NCBI GenBank assembly: GCA_964016885.1
Contig: OZ024740.1
Coordinates: 339,574,001-339,638,000, forward strand
Reading direction: 5' to 3'
Source of the DNA: Eledone cirrhosa
Lineage: Eukaryota
Length of the DNA stretch: 64,000 bases
In this document: one piece after another, positions 53,476-64,000 of the stretch
How the letters are laid out: each line of letters begins with the position of its first letter
How positions within the stretch are numbered: position 1 is the first letter of the stretch
Position numbers and translations under genes: made by a program
Notes under the pieces: model-generated
Told to the model about the DNA's origin: nothing
Databases searched by the model: none
The model's input: the letters and a program-made list of their open reading frames with translations, nothing else

Positions 53476-54841
53476 CCAGCTGAGTTCAGACCTGGAGAGG
53501 GAAGGATGTATGGATAGCTATCGTCTTGTAGAAGACTTTAGATATTTAGTGTATTGCAAACATTATATCTTAGTGAATTATGGATCCCTCTTATTGTAAG
53601 CATATCTAAATAGTGAATTGTTCCTGCTTACCGTTTATGTTATTATGATCCAATTTATGCTCATAATATTGCAACCATATACTGCTAACAGCAACACTCA
53701 GGCATTTTGTTTTTTTACCATTTATACAATGGCCTGCTGAAATATTATGTTAGCAGGAATATTAGTTAGCTATTACTTAAAATTTGTAGTATCCCTCGCA
53801 CAAAAAAAGAAACAATTATTGGGGGAAACTGTCAGGAAATGTTAACAATATACATGACTATAACATTTGTAAAAATGGTTAAGAAAGCTACAATTTATTG
53901 CAAGTACTATTATATACACAAATCAACACACCCAAACATTTACAGATGACCCCTAAGCAGTCATTTATTTTTTTTTTAAATGGTTTTCAACATCCCCTAT
54001 TGAAGGCTACATCAGTATTGGTATAGAGACATATATGGAAGCATATACAATGTTTAAGTGTAATAAATATATATCTTTCGTTGTGATTATATCACAAGTA
54101 CCTCTGTTACTGTGCAAGAATGATAAATAATATTATTTCAGGATTTTTATCCATTTTCAGGGATGTTTCTTCACTCGATGCTGAAGCCAAATATGCTGAT
54201 AGCTTAATATATAGATTTTTGCAAATGGAAATGCTCTATATTTATGTATTTATCACTCCACCTATCTCTATATATCTATCCCTTTCACTACCCATTCTTA
54301 TCTGTCTTTTTTTGTTCTTTCTTTTTGTTTCCCACTCTCTCATACTCACTTTCATTCTCTTACTTGTTCTCTTACTCTATCCCTTCACTCACTTTCTCTC
54401 TTGTTTTCACTCTATCTCTATCACTCACTGACTCTCTCATCCATCTCTCCCCTCATCTACATTTCTCTATGCATATCACCACCCACATTATTTGAGTATT
54501 TCTATGACATTGTCTAAAACAAAACTCAAATAATTCAGGTTAGAGTTCTCTCTAACTCAATGTTTCCTAAACTTTTTTGTTAAACACCTCCCTCAAAACA
54601 CTTGAATAATTACTATCACTACCACTCCAACCCCCAAATTCTACCCTTATGTAATAAAGATAGTGCAATGGCAAATTGAAAGAGATTTTTGAACATCAGA
54701 AAGAATGCTTCACAGTATTCATTTGGACTCTCTGTACTCTGAGTTCAAAACCTGTTGATGTCAGCTTTGCCTTTCATCTTTTCAAGGTCGATAAAAAAGG
54801 TGCTAGTCCACTACTTGGGTCAATTCTTACCCCTCCCCTCT

Positions 54842-54904
<63 letters not shown>

Positions 54905-55939
54905 AAGATGAAGATGAAGAAATTGGCTGGGTTCAGACCTTGAGAGGAGATGGGCTCTGCCAGGTTTAAATTGCCCAAGAAACGCCTCATGTCAGTATGG
55001 TACCCCATGACTCCATCTCCATGAGGAGTTACAGATCTAAACATGCATACTATAAATAAATTTTAAATAAATATAAATAGGTTTACATTTATTTTTATTT
55101 TAATTCTCATCATGCCAAGAAAGATGTCAAATCTACACAAAGGATAAAGATTTTTAGGCCCCAGTGCATGGAATGAACCTTGGTATTAATAACACATTGG
55201 GGACATACATACATTTAAAAAATATAATCAAATTTGGCAGCATAGCCTGTTGTTCTTATCTATACCTCACTGATGATAATATAAACAAATTTTCTCTGCT
55301 CTGCTCACATATTTAAACTCCCACTCCCCTACCTTCCCCCAGTAATAATCCTTCCCTCCACATGGAGTAGCATGGACCTCATTCAGAAACACTGTTTTAA
55401 CCATTCTTCATAAAGCTGATTCCTTCCTTAATCCTTAAGCCATTGCTAATCCTTCCCCACTTCCATTATTTTTCTCTATTTCACATCTTTTAACATTCAA
55501 ACATGCTTCTTAAACAAATCCCCATTTAAATATATTTACCATTCTTATGAACCCTTTTGTCAGTACATATATAATAACTGTACTTATGATACATACACAC
55601 ACATATGCACATTGATATGCAAGTAATTTATATATATATATACACACACATATGTGCATGTCATAAGAAGAAACTATAAATGTTAGTGTCAGGAAAGATA
55701 TCCAGTTGTAAAACAATAACGATGATGATGATGACACACATCATACACACTTTTTTCTAGATTTCTAAACCTAAAAATTAGGAGTAAGCATTACACACTG
55801 GAACTGAATGTTACTCATTTTTACCCCTGTCCCTAAGGCATGGCAATATTTGGGATGGCATGGCTGATAGTAAGTTATATATATCTATTGTCCATACTAA
55901 CTGTTTTGTAATAAAAAAAGTTTAACTCACTATCATAAT

Positions 55940-56215
55940 CATCATTATCATCACTGTTTAACGTCCATTTTTCCACACTAGCATGGGTTAGACGAGTTGT
56001 CCTGTTTTCAGCAATGCCAAGTCAGGTGACCATGTCTTGCTCATACAGAACTGATTTTTTCTACAGAAGGATGCTCTTCCTAATACCAACCTCATTTACA
56101 GTGAGCACTGGGTGCTTTTTGTCATAACACCTACATGACCACTTTACATTGTGGGTTGGGTGCTTTTTGTCATGACACCTACACGACCACTTTACATTGT
56201 GGGTTGGGTGTTTTT
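55940..56215 (-). mobile_element. RTE-related 3' tail with internal ~47-bp tandem repeats
   Basis: gtttaacgtccattttt...ccacactagcatgggttagacg; repeated gggtgctttttgtcatgacacctacacgaccactttacattgtggg. Confidence 0.75.
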
Positions 56216-56759
56216 TGTTGTTACCATCATGACCATGATATTCCGTAATTATACTCATGTCAGAGATTATATATTCAAGGTTTTTGACAAAATCTGCTTT
56301 GCCCTTTTGATATCAAACTGCTTAAAACTTGTTTGTGGTTCTATAATACAAAATTGTTTGTTTTAAAGTATTTACATTTTTCTAAAAATCCTTTCATCAT
56401 AATTTTATGTAAGAACCTTTATTAAGTTATGTTCTGAACACTGAATAAATAATGAGAAAGTTGGTTATATTATTAGATCCCTTTAAATTTTGTGTTCAAG
56501 ATTATTTGAAAAACATAGGCAATGTCTTTCATGAGAAATATGGTAACGCGAGGGCTCAAATATTGATTCAATAACCTGTTATAATTGGAAATATCACAAA
56601 GTTGTTCCAGTTGTGACTATCTAGTCAATGCATCATTTAATATATGTATATAAATATATATATATTTATAATATATATATAATAAATATATATATTTATA
56701 ATATATATAAATATATATATTTATAATATATATGCATATAAATATATATATATATATTT

Positions 56760-56800
<41 letters not shown>

Positions 56801-57403
56801 GGTGGGGAGTATGCATTATATATTTTCATTATATAATGTTAAAATTGTTTGATATGGTTGGTGGCCTTTCATTTTGCGTATCGAAATGGCCAACAATAAA
56901 ATGAAGCTGAAAGTAAATTATTGCTCACCAATAAAAAATTGTTTGGGGGGGGGGGGGGGGGGGGGATTCAAAAACTGAAAAGAAATTAATTTTCAACAAT
57001 AAAATCACTACACAGGATTTATAATATTTTATATCCATCTCAACAGACTGTGTAATCAAATTCTGTCAAATAATAAATCATCTCAACAAGACCTCAGAGA
57101 AGAAAAACATGTTGTCCAATGCTGTTTTATCACTTGTCCATTGAATAAAATTACATATAATTCAAATGTCCAGCCTTGTCATATGTAGTTTCATGCTAAT
57201 TATCTTAAAGCTATACACATCTGAAAATTTCAACTGCTTAGACATTAAATCATAAGTTAGTTATCCAGTTGATTGTTTGACTGCATACCAGTCATTAAAA
57301 ACAATGGAGGGTCTTTCAGTTGACAGGAAACAAAGTCTATTTTTTTATAAGGAAACGTTAATTTTGATGGAATTGTTTCTAATACATTACTAATACATTT
57401 TCA

Positions 57404-57624
57404 CCATTTAGCATTTAAACTGGCCATATCTGGCCAGAATTCTCTCACCTCTTTCTGTTCAAACCGACTGTAACTGGCCACTCATACTGACATATGTTAA
57501 TGTATTGTTCTCAAAATAAATAGTATTAAAATCTCATTCGATATTATGTGAGATAATCATGTGAGATAAAGCCTTTACCATGAAAATATAATAGTAAATA
57601 TAGAGTAATGTCAATGCTAAAGGG
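57404..57624. mobile_element. piggyBac-type MITE (family of 38552)
   Basis: Internal similarity; right end GCTAAAGGG-TTAA; left end degenerate. Confidence 0.8.
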
Positions 57625-57880
57625 TTAAGTCAGAGTTAAGTGTAGAGAACTAGAACTGCAAGATATTTCAAGCAGCATACACTACAATTTCTGCTAACAC
57701 AACACCCTAAGTGTACCTATAGTAAATCTCAATGTACTCATGTCATCAAAAAATCATTACAGCTTTATTAATTATACTATAGAGTGCAATATCGGTGTTT
57801 CTGATTGAGTACTGACTTAGTCTGTGATGCCCCATCCAACGTTTGCTAGCAGGAAAAACAGACATTAAATGATTATATAT

Positions 57881-58865
57881 ATCATCATCATCATTGTTTA
57901 ACGTCTATCATCCACGCTAACATGGGTTTAGATGAGAATTGTCCCACGTGAGACAAGATTGGTTGTCTTGTTCGTATAGGACTGTCTGGCGGGTTTTCTA
58001 CGGCTGGGTGCCCTTCCTAACACCAACCATGTTTACAGTGTGGACACGGCCACATTACAGCGTGGACTGTGTGTTTTTTTTTGTTGTGACACCTACACAA
58101 CCTCATTTATTTAGGACTGGATGTTGTGGTACCAACATAACTTTACAGAGAAAGGGGTGGTGTAGATGGGGGTGGCGGTAGGAGTAATGGGATGGGGGTG
58201 TATTTTTGGTTAGGAGGTGCCTACTGACTCTAGGTTTCGCTTTGTACTTAGGCAAGGCAGGTCTTCTGTATTACTGCATAGCGCCAAAGATCTCGGTCCA
58301 GTGACATTGTCTTGGAGAGGTGTAAGTGTGTAAGGTCAGAATTTATCAAATCATCCCAGGTTTTTCTGGGTCTGCCTACTCCATAGCTTCCATCTATTCT
58401 GATCGCCCTGCACTTTTTTATACAGCTGTCATCTTTCATGCGCATCACATGACCATACCAACGTAGTCTTCTCTCGAGTAAACAGCATCTGATCCCTCTT
58501 ATTCCTAATTTCTCACTTAGTTCATTTATGCTTCGCCGTTCACGTATATTGCTATTACATATCCAACAGAGCATGCAAGCTTCATTCCTCTCCAGTCTGC
58601 GCAGATCCTCTGCACACAATGCCCATGTCTCACTGCCATGTAACATTGCTGTTCGTATGAAGTTTGGAATTTCTTCTCTAGTTCAGCCATTGATTCAGCT
58701 ATGAGCATTAGATCATCTGCGTATAGGAGTTCCCATGGGCAGCCGGTCTTGAACTCCTCTGTTATAGCCTGAAGGGCAATAATAAACAGGAGTGGGCTAA
58801 GGACAGAGCCCTGATGAACACCAACTTTTATACTAAATTCTTCACTATAGTCATTGTTAATTCTA
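57881..58865 (-). mobile_element. 5'-truncated RTE LINE with ~480-bp internal deletion
   Basis: HQGS/YADD region joined at ~58660 directly to the AMLHGSETW region; 3' UTR and (GAT)n tail. Confidence 0.93.
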
Positions 58866-59364
58866 TATATATATATATATAAACTTGACAAAGAAATGAC
58901 AAGACAACAAACGGCAACAAAACAAAAAACAAAAATGATTTTTTTAAAATAAATATACAAACGAAAGACAGAACTCCATGGTCATCTGCTGTTGAGATGG
59001 ACTTAGGCAGTTTCGACCCCTACCAACAGTACTACTGGTCCATCTGGAGGTCACAATATCTGACATAAGCCAAACACTATCCAAAGGAGGAACAGATGAA
59101 AGACAAAACATTAATTTATATATATATATGTGTATGTGTATATATACTGGTATCTACCTGTTTATGGTATGGCCAATAACGTTACAACTCCATATCGTCT
59201 TGAAGTAATAATTTTAATGTGATCAAGTGATGAGAGTTTTTGTTTTTGTAGTAGGTTTTCATCGTATGAGATTTCATTGTCCATTCTAAACAAACTACAA
59301 AGTCATATATATATGTGTGTGTGTTGAACAATGAAAACAAAAGGCAAAGGTTGATGCTTAATCA

Positions 59365-59504
59365 GTTCATTGATTTACGATCGTTTCAGAAGATTGATTG
59401 ATCATAATAAATCAATATATTGACTAACTGATAGTGGTTATGCAACACATTATTAGTCTTGATACTCCAGAACCATCTCACTGTCTTCCTCAGAAACAAT
59501 GAAC
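59365..59504 (-). ncRNA. Type I hammerhead motif with a 99-nt stem II region
   Basis: Minus strand: GTTCATTGTTT CTGAGGA AGA..(99 nt in total)..TCT GAAA CGATCG TA AATCAATGAAC; stem I 10/11 paired; palindromic stem III ACGATCGT. Confidence 0.7.
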
Positions 59505-59879
59505 TATAACCTTTATTTATAAGATATATCAATAGGTTGAAATGCATAAATCAGATACATGGGCTGAGTAAAGCTATATAAAGGATAAAAGATAAAAGAA
59601 TATTCACAATCTAAGATGAAGAAATACAAGTATAAAAACAAAATTAAAATAAACAAATAAATAAATCAAAAAGTAAATAAATAGATGAACTCCTTGGTAG
59701 TTTATTATCTTTCTCCATATATATATATATATATATTATACTCTACTGTCCCAACTATCAAGTACTCTCTTGAGTAGTAGTCTAAACTAGTTTCATTTGG
59801 TTCTATATATAGATGCATATATATAATCTATTAATACAAATGTTAAAATGATGATATTAATATGTGTGTACACACACAC

Positions 59880-59953
<74 letters not shown>

Positions 59954-60010
59954 CCATTGTCATTATTGTATGTCCACTTTTCCATGCTTCCATTATTTGT
60001 ATATATATAT

Positions 60011-60985
60011 ATTAACTTCACGATGGAATACAGCCATCAACAACTCCCCTTCCTCGACATCCTCATTAAGATCCATAACAAAAAAATAGAAACAGACATA
60101 TACTACAAGCCCACAGACTCCAAGCAATATCTCCCCCTCAACTCTTGCCACCCTAGACACGTTAAAATTAATATTCCCTACAACTTAGCCAAGAGAATCT
60201 GTACTGTAGTCTCCAATAAAAACATCTGCTACTTATGGCTACAAGAACTAAAGGACACACTCATAGGCAGGGACTACCCTGCATCACTAATTGACAATGG
60301 AATCCAACGTGCCCTAAAACTCAGTACCCAGGACCTTAGACACCTTAAAGTAAATCAACCGAAACTAAAAGCTCTTCCATACATCTCCACACACAACCCT
60401 CTCAACAATGAGGCCTTTGACACCATCCTCCAGAACATCCCTGTGTTGAAAAAGGACCATAGAATGAACCAAATTCTACGAACACACGATATTATAAAGA
60501 GCAAAAGACAATCTAAGTCAATGAAAAACATCCTAACACATGCCAAAGTACTGCCAACCACAACAACGAAACCCACAGTAAAAAAATGCGATAGACCCAA
60601 CTGTGGCATTTGCATCAACCTAATAGAGGGTTCGGAATTCTATTTCAAAGATGGACAGCGTTTTATAGTAAAACACAATTTAACATGTGCATCGGAAAAT
60701 CTAATATATGTATTAACTTGCTCAGGTTGTCGAGAACAATACATAGGCCAGACCAAAAACAGCCTCCGCCAACTCATGACTGTCCATAGATCCCAAATTA
60801 AAATACGGGAATACAGGAAAATACCACTGAGTGAACACATTGATACCTGTGCCGCCCAAAATCATCCCAACTTCAGAATCTTTCCCCTCTACAAATTTAA
60901 AGATAATGCCACCCACACCCAGCGCATCAGCAAGGAATCTTACTTCATTAACAAATACGGACCCCGTCTAAACACTTCTCCCTAA
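60011..60985 (+). mobile_element. Penelope-like element (Neptune-type): 5'-truncated ORF with RT C-terminus/thumb, Cys-rich linker and GIY-YIG endonuclease
   Basis: LPFLD, YYKPTDSKQYL..NSCHP, CDRPNCGIC linker, NLIYVLTCSGCREQYIGQT, downstream His residues, ESYFI..Y...LN; open for 324 codons, begins at a TA tract. Confidence 0.93.
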
Positions 60986-61103
60986 GACGAACCCACAACA
61001 TACACACGTTAACATACATACCTACATCAGCACACATCTCCACCCACATATAAACATAATGACATACGTAAACACACATGCTCTATGGTGCAACACAGAA
61101 AAA

Positions 61104-61135
<32 letters not shown>

Positions 61136-61515
61136 GTGAATATATGTATGTGTATATATATGTAGTGAATATCATTTCACACCTTTTATTGTTAAGATTT
61201 TTGATGTTCTATTAAGAGAACCGATTTTACTGAAAAAATCGAATAATGTACAACATTTTACCAGGGGGAAAAAAATACTGGTCCACCCACACACACACAC
61301 ACATATATATACACACACACATACACACGCGTACATTAACATACAAAGAGACTTATACACACACACACACACACACGCGCACTTCTCCGTATAAGACAAA
61401 AGCTGAAAAATTCCTTTTGACATGCTAAAATACCCCCATTGCTTTCAGACACATTCTTACTGACCATCCCTGCTACCACGAATTACTCTGCTATATACAC
61501 ACACACACACACACA

Positions 61516-61620
<105 letters not shown>

Positions 61621-62543
61621 ACACACACACACACACACACTTATCTTAATAGCCATTTGACACACATCCCTGCTAACCATTATCACAACATCGAACACCT
61701 TACTACTACTACTACACACACACACACACACACACACATATTTGTTGTGAAAGAGTCATTTCTCAATCTTGGCGCAAAACCAATTTTTTATTCACATGAC
61801 CTCTACCGACCAATCAAAATTGTTTTGACCACAAGAATTTTTGCAAACACCAAATAGCGCTGGAGCCACTTTTTTAACATAAAAACAGGTAGAATTCCCA
61901 AAACTAATCAGATCAGAGCAAACAACACGGACACTCTATCTCAAAATTATTTTTGAAAAGCATTTAGAAATGCGCAACCGGTAAAAACTTAAAAACTTAA
62001 AACCACAACTGAATACGAACCCATACAATCACTAATACTCTTTTATTCCTAATTAAACCATTTTTCAACTGTGAACAATTTGTCAGCATTTTCTATTCCG
62101 TTTACCAATATATATATATATATATACTTATATATAAAATTAAATTCTTTACTTTTGAAAATTCTTTTAAAATATTTTGCATAACATTTCATTTTAACTG
62201 TCATTCCATTTGATCATGTGACAACTCCCATTTCAATCAGTCTCAAAACTTACTGCATCTCCATTATAGTCTTTCACACTCACTTAATTTATTTTCATTT
62301 ATTTACTGTCACTAACTGATTCTGTCATTTGACAGCCTCCTACCTCCACAGTATCTCATTTGTGTGAAGGAAAATAAAAACACATTGCAAATGATTATAT
62401 GTGAATAACAAAGGTAGAGCAGTGATTTAAATAGTCGAATGTCAGAATAGTTGTTTGCCAATATTTATCTCCCTTTGTGAAACATGACTATACACAGGAA
62501 ACAACAACAATAATAATCCTTTATTGCTGCCACTAAGGGGGAA

Positions 62544-62659
62544 AATAATTGTTTCTACTTTTGGCACAAGGCCAGCAATTACCCAGAGCATTACTGGTAC
62601 TTTATTTTATCGACCCCGTAAGGATGAAAGGCAAAGTTAACCTCGGCTGGATTTGAACT
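62544..62659 (-). mobile_element. 5'-truncated Meta-like SINE
   Basis: Matches the 51191-51310 unit. Confidence 0.85.
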
Positions 62660-62680
62660 GAAAATAATATCTCACTTTAA

Positions 62681-62893
62681 CCCTTTAATGTTCAAACCGG
62701 CCAGAAATTCTCTTCCTCTTTCTGTTGAAACTGGCTGTAACTGGTTACTCAAACTGATGTTAAGGTATTGTTTTCAAAATAAATACTTTCAAATTCTCAT
62801 AGATTCGATATTATGTGAGATAATTATGTGAGGTAAAGCCTTTACCATGAAAATATAATAGTATATATATAGAGTAATGTGAATGCTAAAGGG
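62681..62893. mobile_element. piggyBac-type MITE (family of 38552)
   Basis: TTAA-CCCTTTA...GCTAAAGGG-TTAT; internal similarity to 38552 and 57404. Confidence 0.8.
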
Positions 62894-63289
62894 TTATTCT
62901 ATCATTTTGATAATTAATCACTTCATTTACCATTCTTGTCTACATGATGGACAATCATTTCCTGTGTCTGCACAGCACACATTTTTCTATCAAGCACTTT
63001 GATAGATGTCATTGAGAAGGTGGTGGTGGTGATGGTGGTGGTGGCAGTTGTGGTGGTAGGAGTGGCAACAACTGTACCAATAGTGGTCATGGCAGTGCTG
63101 GAGGTGGTTGAGATATGACTTAGATGGTACATGTTGATGATGATGGCATAATACTAGTGAGACTTAATACCATTGCTTCTTGAAACCACAAAATCTTCCT
63201 TACCTCTTGTACTCACCAACTGCTGGTGGATGGTAAGTGTGAACCCTTATATACACCAAAAGACAAGACATAACACACAACAAATGTTT

Positions 63290-63660
63290 AAAGGTAATTT
63301 TCCCTGCTAAAGTTCCCATAGGCAGGCTGTCTTAAAATCCACTCTTATGACATAGGATGAGACCTGAGTTCTCAATGCAAAATTCCTTGCTGAAGTCATT
63401 GCTTACCCTTACTTTGTTGACTGTATCTCTATGCATGGTTTCCATGACTCACATAATTTATTGTTTTACCCCTAGTTTTCTTAGTGACTGCCAGACTATT
63501 ATCAAATGCTTTCTTCAGTATAATGAAAACTAGCTCTTAGCTAATAACTTCTGTAGTTGTCTCACTATCAGTGATACTCTGTTTTAATGCAAATTTGAAC
63601 TGCATCTCATCTAAGCCAATTCTGCTGCTAATCAGTTGTGATAAGAGCATTTCAGTTACT
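63290..63660 (-). pseudogene. Old degenerate RTE RT fragment
   Basis: gaactgcatctcatctaagccaattct...atcagttg aligns with 7303-7345; gttcccataggcagg aligns with 6938-6955. Confidence 0.7.
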
Positions 63661-64000
63661 GTTGTTGCTTCTTTCTAAAGCATCTCTTTTGCTCATATAG
63701 TAGTTGATAACAGTATGCTACAATGTCAATCATTGGGAAGAACATATTCCTTGGTACTTTACTCACAATGCAAGTGTCTAGCACATTTTACTTGCCAAAT
63801 ATATTTAGAATTTTAGTGATTATCCCTGCTTTCCTTGCCTTTACATTCATAATCATGCTTTTGATCATATAGCTCCCAACTTCAATGGCTGTCCCCTCTG
63901 TTGGTCCTACTTGAAGTAGTCACTCTCTGTTTTGCACAGTCTGTTTATTCAGCAACCTAACATAGTAGTATTTCCTTAATTTGTTTTTTTCTTGGCAATA

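Noticed and set aside
58965-59055. Hammerhead-like GACC..GGTC-GAAAC on the minus strand
   Set aside because: Core reads CAGATG rather than CTGANGA and no UH follows the putative stem III
62923-63132. Thr-rich 69-aa ORF
   Set aside because: Derived from a (GGT)n low-complexity tract; no supporting evidence

Overview
AT-rich, repeat-dense eukaryotic DNA with no recognisable host gene exon. The SINE/LINE content and microsatellite density suggest an octopod cephalopod genome (inference). Contents: (i) three 5'-truncated RTE-clade LINE copies plus several solo 3' tails, whose RT carries an inserted C4HC3 PHD-like finger; (ii) a 5'-truncated but open Penelope-like (Neptune-type) RT-thumb/GIY-YIG ORF; (iii) tRNA-derived SINEs (CORE-like and Meta-like), hAT- and piggyBac-type MITEs and an old CR1/L2-group fragment; (iv) a 15-kb 41/44/47-bp minisatellite with 1829-bp and 1056-bp higher-order duplications; (v) many (TA)n, (CA)n, (GA)n and (TTG)n microsatellites, which explain nearly all ORFs in the track. 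The most interesting signal is a set of type I hammerhead ribozyme (HHR) motifs from at least 3-4 dissimilar sequence families, lying in fold-back or tandem fragments between (TA)n tracts. One is a non-coding ~500-nt tandem unit that looks like a retrozyme-type element, plausibly mobilised by the Penelope-like machinery. All folds were paired by eye and no searches were run.
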